DNA of 64,000 bases from contig QKEV01000011.1 in assembly GCA_003252295.1 (NCBI GenBank), positions 7,127 to 71,126 on the forward strand. The letters are read 5' to 3'. The DNA comes from a bacterium (GTDB lineage: Bacteria; Patescibacteriota; Minisyncoccia; Phycocordibacterales; UBA12088). Position 1 is the first letter of the stretch, and every line of letters starts with the position of its first letter. The translations under genes and the position numbers were made by a program. Shown here one piece after another: positions 38,694 through 48,482 of this stretch. The notes beneath the pieces are model-generated. The model worked only from the letters and a program-made list of their open reading frames with translations, did not search any database and was not told the DNA's origin.

Positions 38694-39947
38694 ATGCCAC
38701 AAGTACAAACAGACGTAGAATCATTTGCACGCATCAGAGTGGTAGGAGTTGGTGGCTCAGGATGCAACGCCATCAACCATATGATTAACTCCAATGTTAA
38801 AGGGGTTGATTTTATTACCATCAACACTGATGCACAAGATCTACAAAACTCACAAGCTAAAAAGAAAGTTCATATTGGAAAGAACCTCACCCGTGGACTT
38901 GGAGCAGGTGGTAATCCTGATTTTGGAAAAAGAGCTGCAGAAGAAACGCAAGAAGAAATTCTAGAGACACTTCGTGATTCTGACATGGTCTTTATTGCAG
39001 GTGGACTTGGTGGCGGAACAGGCACTGGTGCATCACCCGTTGTGGCACGCCTTGCCAAAGAAGCAGGTGCTCTTACTGTGGGTATTGTCACTAAACCTTT
39101 CACCTTTGAAGGTCAGCAACGTATGCGTGCTGCTGAGGAAGGTCTTGCAGCTCTCAAAGAAGAAGTCGATGCCATTATTGTTATTCCTAACGATCGTCTC
39201 CTTGCTATTGTTGATCGAGATACTTCTGTTTTGAATGCATTTGCACTCTGTGATGACGTGCTACGACAAGCTGTCGAGGGTATCTCTGACCTCATTACCA
39301 GTCCTGGTATTGTTAACGTAGACTTTGCTGACATACGTGCTGTTATGGACAACGCTGGTTCAGCACTCATGGGTATTGGCTACGGCGCAGGTGAGAAACG
39401 TGCAGAGGAAGCAGCGCAAAAAGCCATCAACTCACCTCTCTTGGAGGTTTCCATCTCAGGTGCACGTGGAGTACTCTTCGCTATCGCTGGAGGTGAAGAT
39501 CTTGGTATGCTTGAAATACAAGACGCTGCACAGATCATTACAGAAACAGTTGATCCAAATGCGCGAGTTATTTTTGGTGCATTCCGTGATGAAAAATTGA
39601 AAAAAGACGAGATCAAAGTTACCGTTATTGCAACTGGTTTCTCTGAGGATGATATCCAAGGAACATCTTCTTCCCTCTTCTCACTCAGTAATGATCTTAA
39701 CCAAAAAGAAGAGATCACTCCTGCAGCAATCCATAACACTATCGCTGACGTACGCACTGCAAACGCTTCACGTAGCAATGCAGGAAAGACACTCACACCA
39801 AAACCTGAAAAGAGTACTTCACTTCAGTTTGACAAAAAGATCCCAAGAAAGGATGTGGCAACTCAACCAAAGAAGGAAATAGATGAAGAGGATGATGATG
39901 CTGAATGGGGTATTCCACCTTTTCTTCGAAAATCAAAAATCAAGTAG
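38694..39947 (+). CDS. ftsZ: Cell division protein FtsZ
   Basis: GGGTGTG, NVDFAD, C-terminal IPPFLR. Confidence 0.99.
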   Translation: MPQVQTDVESFARIRVVGVGGSGCNAINHMINSNVKGVDFITINTDAQDLQNSQAKKKVHIGKNLTRGLGAGGNPDFGKRAAEETQEEILETLRDSDMVFIAGGLGGGTGTGASPVVARLAKEAGALTVGIVTKPFTFEGQQRMRAAEEGLAALKEEVDAIIVIPNDRLLAIVDRDTSVLNAFALCDDVLRQAVEGISDLITSPGIVNVDFADIRAVMDNAGSALMGIGYGAGEKRAEEAAQKAINSPLLEVSISGARGVLFAIAGGEDLGMLEIQDAAQIITETVDPNARVIFGAFRDEKLKKDEIKVTVIATGFSEDDIQGTSSSLFSLSNDLNQKEEITPAAIHNTIADVRTANASRSNAGKTLTPKPEKSTSLQFDKKIPRKDVATQPKKEIDEEDDDAEWGIPPFLRKSKIK

Positions 39948-40040
39948 AACTACCTGTCTAATAGGAACGAGCTAAAAAACACGGTATAGTATACAAGCAG
40001 GACACATGTTCTGCTTGTATTTTTATTTAAGATAACTTTC

Positions 40041-40982
40041 ATGATGTACGATGTAATAATTATAGGTGGCGGTCCCGCAGCTGCAGCAAGTGGTGTATAT
40101 GCAGCAAGAAAACAGCTAAAAACACTTGTAGTAACAAAAGCGTTTGGTGGTCAAAGTATTGTTTCCCCACTCATACACAACTGGATAGGTACACCAGCAA
40201 TAAGTGGCGAACAGCTTGCAAAAAATCTTAAAGCACATTTAGAAGAATACAAAGGCGAATACCTCACTATCGTTGAAGACGCAAAAATTGAAAAAGTTAT
40301 TCAAAATGAAAACAAAAACTTTACGGTAACTAGTGAAAACGGAACTTCTTACGAAACAAAAACAGTACTTATTGCGAGTGGTGCAAACAGGAGAAAGCTT
40401 GATGTACCTGGAGCACAGGAATTTGATCAGAAAGGTCTTACATACTGCGCCACCTGCGATGGTCCGCTCTTTTCTGGTATGGATGTTGTTGTTATTGGAG
40501 GTGGTAATGCAGGCTTTGAAACAGCAGCCCAACTGCTTGCGTATACAAAGAGTGTTACTCTGCTTGATGTTGGAGACACGTTCAAAGCAGATGCCATCAC
40601 CGTTGAAACAGTTCTCAAAAATGAGAATATGAAAGCGCTACACAACGCAAAGACAACAGCCATAGTTGGAGATGCTATGGTAACCGGAGTTACTTACGAA
40701 AATTCAAATACAGGAGAGGGACATACTATACAAGCAACAGGTGTCTTTGTTGAGATTGGTATGGTACCAAATACCGAAATGGTAAGCGAGCTTGTGAAAG
40801 TAGATGACTACAACCACATCACCGTTGATCCTCGAACACAAAAAACTTCAATGCTTGGTATCTGGGCTGCAGGTGACTGTACCGACGGACTTTATGCCCA
40901 GAACAACATTGCTGTAGGTGATGCAATAAAAGCAATTGAGGATATATACGTGCATCTACACACTACAGAGCGATCTGCTTAA
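40041..40982 (+). CDS. trxB: Thioredoxin reductase / AhpF C-terminal-like flavoprotein
   Basis: GGGPA, CATCDG, GGGNAG, AAGD. Confidence 0.88.
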   Translation: MMYDVIIIGGGPAAAASGVYAARKQLKTLVVTKAFGGQSIVSPLIHNWIGTPAISGEQLAKNLKAHLEEYKGEYLTIVEDAKIEKVIQNENKNFTVTSENGTSYETKTVLIASGANRRKLDVPGAQEFDQKGLTYCATCDGPLFSGMDVVVIGGGNAGFETAAQLLAYTKSVTLLDVGDTFKADAITVETVLKNENMKALHNAKTTAIVGDAMVTGVTYENSNTGEGHTIQATGVFVEIGMVPNTEMVSELVKVDDYNHITVDPRTQKTSMLGIWAAGDCTDGLYAQNNIAVGDAIKAIEDIYVHLHTTERSA

Positions 40983-41520
40983 GCTCTGCTCGAATATCTC
41001 TATACTGCGGAACTGCCTGCTCTACAAGTTTCCAGAAACGTGAGGAATGATTCATCTCACGGAGATGACAAAGTTCGTGTACTAAAAGGTAGTCCTGTAA
41101 TGGTGGTGCTAAAAAAAGTATCCGATAATCAAAGTTTAGATTACCAAGCTCTGAACAGCTTCCCCACCTGCTCGTATTCGTGCGTACAGACACTCTCTTG
41201 TACTGAAAATTGTAGTGAAGTTCATTGAGAATACGTAAACGTTCTTCAATAAAGACCCGGGCTGCCTCCTTATGTTGCAAGTAATGCTCTCTATTCCACA
41301 CATTCTCATTTTTTGGAGTAGTGCTCAGTATTTTTTGAAGCCAACGCTTCTTCTTTTTGAGAAATTCTTCAACCATTCCTATAGTGACAAATCGGGGTAC
41401 TGTAACAATAACCCTACCATCCTGATGAACAGAGAGTGTGTATGACATATGACCCTTGCGTTTTCTCAAAGTGTACGGAACACTCATTCCTTCAAGCAGT
41501 ACTGTGCGTTGATATTTCAT
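40963..41520 (-). CDS. YgjP/M48-like zinc metallopeptidase
   Basis: SRWGSCS, HELCH, NHSSRFW. Confidence 0.9.
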   Translation of the reverse strand: MKYQRTVLLEGMSVPYTLRKRKGHMSYTLSVHQDGRVIVTVPRFVTIGMVEEFLKKKKRWLQKILSTTPKNENVWNREHYLQHKEAARVFIEERLRILNELHYNFQYKRVSVRTNTSRWGSCSELGNLNFDYRILFLAPPLQDYLLVHELCHLREMNHSSRFWKLVEQAVPQYRDIRAELKQIAL

Positions 41521-41583
41521 GAACGTACAGTATACCGCAGAGAGTATTGCAATACATCACAGGAGATACTACTCTGTATGTAT

Positions 41584-41937
41584 ATGAATGAAGAACACAC
41601 TCAAGAGGCACAGAAAGTTGAAGGTACACCTTTCGAACCTCATCACGAAAAGAATACCGGTATGGCGATTGTGGCATACCTACTCTTTTTCGTACCACTT
41701 TTAACAGAAGATAAAAATGATCCGTTTGTTAAGTTCCATGTGCGACAAGGATTTCTTGTTTTTATAACTGCTGTGATCGCGTCACTGCTTAACATGACCA
41801 TTATTCTCGCACCTATCGGCATGATTGTATTCCTTGGTGTTGTGGTACTTGCTGTACTCGGTATCGTCAATGCAGCACAAGGAAAAGAGAAGAAACTTCC
41901 TATTCTTGGTCAGTTTACTGACAAGGTACCTTTTTAA
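41584..41937 (+). CDS. DUF4870-like membrane protein
   Basis: AYLLFFVP...FVKFHVRQG...GKEKKLPILG. Confidence 0.8.
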   Translation: MNEEHTQEAQKVEGTPFEPHHEKNTGMAIVAYLLFFVPLLTEDKNDPFVKFHVRQGFLVFITAVIASLLNMTIILAPIGMIVFLGVVVLAVLGIVNAAQGKEKKLPILGQFTDKVPF

Positions 41938-42014
41938 GAACCTAATTTTTTATTAAAAATAACCGTTCATGTGCATATGTGCACATGAACGGTTTTGTGT
42001 TAGCTATAAAACTA

Positions 42015-42284
42015 CTACTCTTGGTATGCTTCCTTCAGCTCTTCAACAAGAATGGTAACAAACTCCGGGTCGACCTCTAGACCGTAACCCTCTCTTGCAA
42101 GTGCACGTGCATCATCACTTGTTATACAACCAGCATGACCTGCCTTTCTCTCGGCAACTTCAACAAGGTCAAAAAAAGCATGCAAGTTAACACCACAACG
42201 TTTGACACTTACTGGCATCATACCAAATGTCTTTGGAAACCTTTTTGCATAACCCTCGAGACGTAGATCAACCTTTTGACTCAT
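42015..42284 (-). CDS. Hypothetical protein
   Basis: GGGGG SD; terminator at 41961-41994. Confidence 0.6.
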   Translation of the reverse strand: MSQKVDLRLEGYAKRFPKTFGMMPVSVKRCGVNLHAFFDLVEVAERKAGHAGCITSDDARALAREGYGLEVDPEFVTILVEELKEAYQE

Positions 42285-42299
42285 CGTATCCCCCTGTTT

Positions 42300-42629
42300 T
42301 TAGCAAATATTTCTACGTTGAAGAAAAGTACATATACCTTCAATTACAGCATCCAAACTACCCTGTTTTTCTTCATTGAGCATGTATGTTTCAGATACGC
42401 TATATGCGCCATTATGCTCATAAATCTTAACAGACCCCTGTTCCGTCATGAAAAGAAAACACTTACCAGTGCCACCATGCGGAGAACCTCCACAAATAAC
42501 AATAGCAGATATTGGTTTTAGTAACTCCATACCATCAGGAACACATTCCATAAACTGAAACTCAAGGTTGTTTCCATCGGTACGGTTAGCAACTTTTTGA
42601 CCAATTTCTTTGATTTGTTCAGGATACAC
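42300..42629 (-). CDS. Hypothetical protein
   Basis: AAGGAGG SD before a GTG start. Confidence 0.6.
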   Translation of the reverse strand: MYPEQIKEIGQKVANRTDGNNLEFQFMECVPDGMELLKPISAIVICGGSPHGGTGKCFLFMTEQGSVKIYEHNGAYSVSETYMLNEEKQGSLDAVIEGICTFLQRRNIC

Positions 42630-42782
42630 TATTCCCCCTCCTTTACTGTTTTTAAGTAATAGATAGTAGCTACCTACTTATATTATCTCCACATACAAAA
42701 TCATTTTCTGCACATAAAGTCAAACAAAAAAATAAGCTAAGAAGGGTATCCTTCTTAGCTTATGTATTCTATCTATAGAACT

Positions 42783-43205
42783 CTACTTAATCTCCACCTG
42801 ATGGTTGCCACCACACCCGCCATTACAACCCGAGTCATGACACTCTTTGTTTGTTTTAACGAGTGAGCAACCAAACAACATAATACCGGCATTGATGCTT
42901 TGGAGTAGTGTAACGTTGACCACTTGCATCCCTTTTACTAGAGCAACTTGATCAGCAGCAGAGTATGCGGCAAATGCACCTACCTCAATGGGGCTAGAAT
43001 CACAGTAACTGTCTTTGATACTTGCAGGAACCTTTGTGACTTCAATACCTTTAATCTCTTTGATATCCAACACATCTCCAAAACGTTCGTAGTACTTTCC
43101 GGAGTATGTAATATCCCTTAAACCAACACTGTTATCATCAAAGTGTATAAATACAGTGATTATCACATACATCGATGGTGCCAGAGAACTTATTTCATTT
43201 TCCAT
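42783..43205 (-). CDS. Hypothetical protein with Cys/Gly-rich tail
   Basis: GGAGG SD; ECHDSGCNGGCGG; terminator at 42732-42763. Confidence 0.6.
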   Translation of the reverse strand: MENEISSLAPSMYVIITVFIHFDDNSVGLRDITYSGKYYERFGDVLDIKEIKGIEVTKVPASIKDSYCDSSPIEVGAFAAYSAADQVALVKGMQVVNVTLLQSINAGIMLFGCSLVKTNKECHDSGCNGGCGGNHQVEIK

Positions 43206-43352
43206 TTTCTCCTCCAAGTGAGAAAGTAATCTTCTGTATTACACATCAACCTGATAGATATAGAAACATATATACTGCAATTGTCAATATATTAATATAA
43301 GTACAGGCTGAAGGTTTTACACCTTCAGCCTGAATAAAAGAACGATATTGGG

Positions 43353-44420
43353 TTAAAAAAAACAACTGTTGCCTACGAGTAAGTTAGAAATGAAAGTTGT
43401 TGCCATATCAAAAGCTCGTTCTGGATCACCCTTCTCTTTCAAGTAGTACCAATCATTTTCACTCATAACCGGCAACTCTTCTACGGGTGTACGTTTTACA
43501 AGACGTAGCAAACGATCATGCAACAAGACAGCTGGCACCGTTTGATGTGGTTCCATAGAACTTACTGCACGACCCTCAATACGAGCCATAAAACGACCTG
43601 CAGTGGTTAACTGTACACCGTTGTACCGAGCCAACCAGTATATGGTACCAAGGTGTGCCTGATTGAAATCCTTTGGCAACCCTTCATAAGAGTCAACTCT
43701 GCCATCAGGATGCATTTCAAAAAGCTGTGGAATTCTAAATAGCTCATCGAGTACATTATCGCAAAACTCCCAACTTTTATACTCTGGTCCACGACATGGA
43801 TGTGCAAACTGATAACTCATTGCAGACCTTTGGTTATCGTAGAGATCATCTGCATAACCTTCAAGAAATACACAGATAGCAGGGCCCCAGTTTATGAGAG
43901 CGTACAAAACTTTTTTTGGAAAATCAGCGAATGCATCAACGAAACCAAAATTAAACTGTGTTGCAGAGTGACCAGTCATACCTGGAACAATAAGTGCTGC
44001 ACCTTTAGGATTTTCCTTTCCCAAAACCTTGATCTTCATGTTGTACGCAGGAGCCTCAACAGCACCCAATGTCTTTTCGGCTGTTCCAGAAAATTGAAAC
44101 TGCCATTCCTTGGTTACCTCATTATGCGCAAGAAACTCAAACACGGTAATTAGCGCATTAAGATAGCTATGGATACTTTCACATGGGTTAAAAGAAATCT
44201 CTATTTGATTCTTGCCCAGATCATGACCAAGATACCACACGGAATCAACCTTCTTGAGTATCTCTATATACTCTGTAAGATCGACCGGATCCCCCTCCTT
44301 ATCAAACACAAAACCTTCCAACTCAACACCAATGGGACGTAAAAAGACGTACTGTGGTGTTGTGATACGTAACAACAAAAGACGTTTCAGCAGCTCAGTT
44401 GCTGTTTTTTTTCTTTTCAT
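43353..44420 (-). CDS. Divergent glutamate--cysteine ligase (GCS2)-like carboxylate-amine ligase
   Basis: IGVELEG, QIEIS, ATQFNF, YWLAR, RIEGR; terminator at 43304-43332. Confidence 0.6.
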   Translation of the reverse strand: MKRKKTATELLKRLLLLRITTPQYVFLRPIGVELEGFVFDKEGDPVDLTEYIEILKKVDSVWYLGHDLGKNQIEISFNPCESIHSYLNALITVFEFLAHNEVTKEWQFQFSGTAEKTLGAVEAPAYNMKIKVLGKENPKGAALIVPGMTGHSATQFNFGFVDAFADFPKKVLYALINWGPAICVFLEGYADDLYDNQRSAMSYQFAHPCRGPEYKSWEFCDNVLDELFRIPQLFEMHPDGRVDSYEGLPKDFNQAHLGTIYWLARYNGVQLTTAGRFMARIEGRAVSSMEPHQTVPAVLLHDRLLRLVKRTPVEELPVMSENDWYYLKEKGDPERAFDMATTFISNLLVGNSCFF

Positions 44421-44558
44421 GATTCCCCCAAATGTTTTATTTTTACTTTTTACTGAACCTTAACCTGTTGTCCATAAAACTACTTTAAAAACACTTTGTC
44501 AACATATACACAAAAGCACCCAGTAAGGGTGCTTTTGCTCGTGTACTAGCATCTATCA

Positions 44559-45875
44559 CTAGTTCTCGTCAGTTGTGAAGTACTTTGTTGATCCACAAAG
44601 GATTGTATCGTCACCGTCCTCATCTTCAAAACCAACACAAATACTATAGTAGTATCGGGTATCATCATCGAGCCCATCAAGCTCCGCCTCATAGGTACCC
44701 TTTCCATCTAGATCTTTATCAACTCGAATAGCCTGGAAATCATCACCATCTTCATGATCATCTACCTCAGCATATGTATCGTAATCATCCTCAACATCCT
44801 TAACTTGATCTTCATCCGTACCATACACAAAGAACACTTCTCCATTTCTGAAATCGTTCATGTCTACAGTTCCCGTGAAGTCTGCACTGTCATCGGTTAT
44901 GTTACTTGCACTTCGTGTGGTCACATCTGGATACTCATCATCGTTACTATCACCACTATCAGTCACAAATGAGTATATTGTTCCGTACACTTCATCACCG
45001 TCCTCATCTTCTGCTACAGCACGGTAGTAGTAACGTGTGTCGTCATCAAGACCTGATATGGTCTTCTCAAACTCCTCGTCATCATTGTCATCTATCGTAC
45101 TATGACCAGTTTCCTCATCAAGATCGTAACGTGACTCTCCCCAAATAAAGTACACTTCGGCCTCATCATCACCATTGAGGTCAACCTCACCTCGAAGTTT
45201 TGCACTGTCTTCATCAATACTACTTGCTGAACGAGTGTAAACATCAACATCACTATTACTGTTACCACCATCACCATCTGTCACAAATGAGTACATGGCT
45301 CCATACATCACATCACCATCCTCATCTTCTACAGCAGCTTGGTAGTAGTAACGTGTATCTTCATCAAGGTCAGATATACTCTTCTCAAAAAGACCACTGT
45401 CGTTCTCATCAATGGTTATATGCCCTGTCTCTTCATCGAGATTATTTGAAGAGTCACCCCAGATAAAGTACACCTCAACTTCCTCGTCATCATCCAAAAC
45501 AACCTTTCCCTGAAGTGTCGCACTGTCCTCATCTATATCATCAGGCATACGAGTGAATATAGAGATATCACTGTTGTAACCATAGTTGTAGTTATAGTTG
45601 TAGTTATAGTTGCCACTTCGAAACGCCTGAAGTCTCAAACGAAACATTGCAAGCAGGTCATTAAAATCGTTATTACAATCACCAAAACAGTAGTTGTTGA
45701 TCTTTCCATTTTTATACCAACCTAAATGCAATCCATTGTTACCAGATATATTTACGGTCATCTGGTTTGCATTGCTACTTTTTGCTTCTGCAGTTGGTGT
45801 ACTGTAAGCAAAACCTCCCAAAAGGAGTAGTAACGCAAACGTACCAACTGAGGCATTACGTATATAATTTTTCAT
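44559..45875 (-). CDS. Secreted Asp/Glu-rich surface protein with three fibronectin-III-like repeats
   Basis: Signal peptide; three ~105-aa repeats (TR...I.EDSA.L.G...YF.WG...LD.DTRYYY...F.TD). Confidence 0.8.
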   Translation of the reverse strand: MKNYIRNASVGTFALLLLLGGFAYSTPTAEAKSSNANQMTVNISGNNGLHLGWYKNGKINNYCFGDCNNDFNDLLAMFRLRLQAFRSGNYNYNYNYNYGYNSDISIFTRMPDDIDEDSATLQGKVVLDDDEEVEVYFIWGDSSNNLDEETGHITIDENDSGLFEKSISDLDEDTRYYYQAAVEDEDGDVMYGAMYSFVTDGDGGNSNSDVDVYTRSASSIDEDSAKLRGEVDLNGDDEAEVYFIWGESRYDLDEETGHSTIDDNDDEEFEKTISGLDDDTRYYYRAVAEDEDGDEVYGTIYSFVTDSGDSNDDEYPDVTTRSASNITDDSADFTGTVDMNDFRNGEVFFVYGTDEDQVKDVEDDYDTYAEVDDHEDGDDFQAIRVDKDLDGKGTYEAELDGLDDDTRYYYSICVGFEDEDGDDTILCGSTKYFTTDEN

Positions 45876-46024
45876 AGTATTTTCTTAAACTAATAGCCAA
45901 AGAACACATAGTACACTCCTCTACTACTTACTACGCATTCTATATGCTTTTCTTTCATTGTAAACACATGTGAGTATGGTCAAAAAAACTTCAAAATACT
46001 GTATTTTCGTATATACTGCTACGT

Positions 46025-46132
46025 ATGGCTAAAAGAAAAACAGGATTGGGTAAACCAAAAAAGTCCCCACCAAAGACAAAAAAGCGCATTGCAAAGAAAC
46101 ACGCAATGCTCGCAGCACGAAAAAAGAAGTAA
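46025..46132 (+). CDS. Small, very basic peptide (35 aa, missing from ORF track)
   Basis: MAKRKTGLGKPKKSPPKTKKRIAKKHAMLAARKKK; TATACT 7 nt upstream; terminator at 46137-46164 directly after. Confidence 0.65.
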   Translation: MAKRKTGLGKPKKSPPKTKKRIAKKHAMLAARKKK

Positions 46133-46186
46133 GAAGAAAGCTGGCAGTTACAACTGCCAGCTTTTGTCTTACACCTATAAGTAAGG

Positions 46187-46588
46187 TTAAGAGAGTGTTT
46201 TTTTCATGTAAGTAACCAAATTCTCGGCAATAATTTTGTGTAGATTAGCGTTATCTACCCCATCGCTTGAAAGTTTGATTTTAAAACCAAATTCCCTGTG
46301 ATTAACAATTGCCTGAAAATATTCAATTTGGCACCCAAGGTACTCGACATAAAGATCTGGACACTGCTCGAGATTGTTAATGAGTGCATCAGTTTCACCT
46401 TCCCTGCCTGCCTCTGCTATAAGCATGTCACCTATTACCGTAACAAACTTTGTTATTGCAGGACATGGTTTTCCTAATTCTCCCCAACCACCTGGCACTT
46501 CATCAGTACCACCACAATTTATGCACTTTTCATCATATAACGATGAATCCGACCCACGTGTCACATGTGTCATATCAAAACCATTCAT
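46187..46588 (-). CDS. Hypothetical protein
   Basis: GGAGGAG SD; CINC...PC. Confidence 0.6.
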   Translation of the reverse strand: MNGFDMTHVTRGSDSSLYDEKCINCGGTDEVPGGWGELGKPCPAITKFVTVIGDMLIAEAGREGETDALINNLEQCPDLYVEYLGCQIEYFQAIVNHREFGFKIKLSSDGVDNANLHKIIAENLVTYMKKTLS

Positions 46589-46776
46589 AGCAACTCCTCC
46601 CCTTTTTCTTTTGCATTGAAAGTTATGCTTTCATCTAGCTGTACCATACCACGTAAACAAAAAAATGTAATACCTGCATTATAATTACTAAATACTAATG
46701 TATTTACTTGTTTTTCTAGATACCCAAGGGTGCTATTATGTACTACCGACACATTAGCAACGTAATCACATAAACC

Positions 46777-47505
46777 ATGAGACTAGAAAATAAAGTAGCC
46801 ATAGTCACAGGTGCCTCATCTGGACTTGGTAAAGCAATAGCAGAAATGTTCCTAAAGGAAGGTGCAAAGGTCGTTTTCTCAGACATCAACCCGTACCCAG
46901 GAGAGCTTAATGAAAATGCCATCTTTCAACATGCAGACACCTCTAAAAGTGAGGAGGTTGATGCTCTCATTGCCACTGCTGTTGAGAAGTTTGGCACGCT
47001 CGACATCATGGTCAACAATGCAGGCATTGGTGTACTCAATGAACTCACCAACCTGAGTGATGATGAATGGGACAAGGTTATAGCGGTCAACCAAGACGGC
47101 GTGTTCTACGGTGTCCGTGCAGCAGCACGATACATGAAGGAGCACAACATTGCTGGCTCTATCATCAACATGGCTTCAATTCTCGGGCAAGTTGGTTTCC
47201 GTGGTGCTGGAGCGTACTGTGCATCGAAAGGTGGCACGAACCAGATCACCCGCACCGCAGCTCTTGAACTCGCACCAGCAAACGTACGTGTGAACTCAAT
47301 AGCTCCTGGCTTCATCAAAACCGAAATGACAAAAGGTATACAGGAAGACACTGCTGCAAACAGCTTTATTGAGCAATCAACCCCGCTCGGCCATATGGGT
47401 GAGCCAAACGACATTGCCTACGCTGCAACATACCTTGCTTCAGACGAAGCAAGGTATGTTACCGGCTCAGTTCTCTACGTAGACGGTGGCTGGATGGCAC
47501 AGTAA
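46777..47505 (+). CDS. SDR-family NAD(P)-dependent oxidoreductase
   Basis: TGASSGLG, NNAG, YCASK, VTGSVLYVDGG. Confidence 0.95.
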   Translation: MRLENKVAIVTGASSGLGKAIAEMFLKEGAKVVFSDINPYPGELNENAIFQHADTSKSEEVDALIATAVEKFGTLDIMVNNAGIGVLNELTNLSDDEWDKVIAVNQDGVFYGVRAAARYMKEHNIAGSIINMASILGQVGFRGAGAYCASKGGTNQITRTAALELAPANVRVNSIAPGFIKTEMTKGIQEDTAANSFIEQSTPLGHMGEPNDIAYAATYLASDEARYVTGSVLYVDGGWMAQ

Positions 47506-47634
47506 GCAACAAATCCATTCTCCATAGACACTGCCCTACTGGGCAGTGTTTTTGTTGACTATTACCAGTAAACAAGTACGCTACTAAATAGAGGTCATAA
47601 TTATGATATTCAAACAGCACAGAAGAGGTTGCTT

Positions 47635-47859
47635 ATGGAAACTCCTGAGGAAATAAATTATAAAAGGACACACAAGGAGCAGGGGTGTAGATGTTTTGAA
47701 TGTGCACGAATGTTTACGTTTTATCGAACCTGTTATATCCCTGTAGGAAATAGCCAAGTTAGGCCGGTTTGCCGCACCTGCAAAGGTGGTATTGTTGGTG
47801 ATATTATTGAAGTGCTGGCACAGATGTTACAAGTGACTGAAGAAACACTCATCCACTAA
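47635..47859 (+). CDS. Small putative zinc-binding protein
   Basis: CFEC...CRTC; GAGG SD; hairpin at 47870-47892. Confidence 0.5.
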   Translation: METPEEINYKRTHKEQGCRCFECARMFTFYRTCYIPVGNSQVRPVCRTCKGGIVGDIIEVLAQMLQVTEETLIH

Positions 47860-48103
47860 ACGTTCTACCGAACCCCCTCACAAAGGGGGTTCCAACTTGC
47901 ACTGTGAAAGAAAGTTGCAAATAGGTGCGTACAATACAACAGCATCCGAGGGTAGTGTAAAAATTTCACCATTAAAAAAATATGTCATGCATAGCGGATG
48001 CTCTATGGGCAAACACCACACATAACCAGTGTGGTGTTTTGCTTGTTATTTTGTAAAGCATAGGTAGGATGTATGCAGAATACAACACAAAAAGGAGGAA
48101 GGT

Positions 48104-48418
48104 ATGGAAAATAATACTGTGTACATTATTGAAGTTAATCAGGAAAAAAAAGGCGGCAGCATTGTGTTCAGTGTCACTCTATGTGGACAAAGAAAGTATT
48201 ATCAAATCACGGAAACAGAAACAGGAATGTATTCCTTTTGGGAAAATAATAGCAACCTTGTTGCAATTAAACTAATCGCAACAGGAATGGCTGACGTGGA
48301 TGCTGAACTCTTTACTCTCCTACACCCCCTACCATACAGCATTGATACGCCAAAAAACTTGCGGGAAATGATGATAGCAGCCAAGTACTGGAACCAGAGT
48401 GCATACCTGCACTGCTGA
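48104..48418 (+). CDS. Hypothetical protein
   Basis: AAGGAGG SD. Confidence 0.55.
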   Translation: MENNTVYIIEVNQEKKGGSIVFSVTLCGQRKYYQITETETGMYSFWENNSNLVAIKLIATGMADVDAELFTLLHPLPYSIDTPKNLREMMIAAKYWNQSAYLHC

Positions 48419-48482
48419 CAAGTATAGTACTGCTATACAAAATGGGCACACATACATTGTGCCCATTACTGTTTCTAAATAT

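Noticed and set aside
41961-46164. Integron attC sites between the ORFan islets
   Set aside because: The hairpins are short, near-perfect stems with A/T tails on both sides, typical of terminators. There are no consistent RYYYAAC/GTTRRRY ends, no integrase, and gene orientations are mixed.
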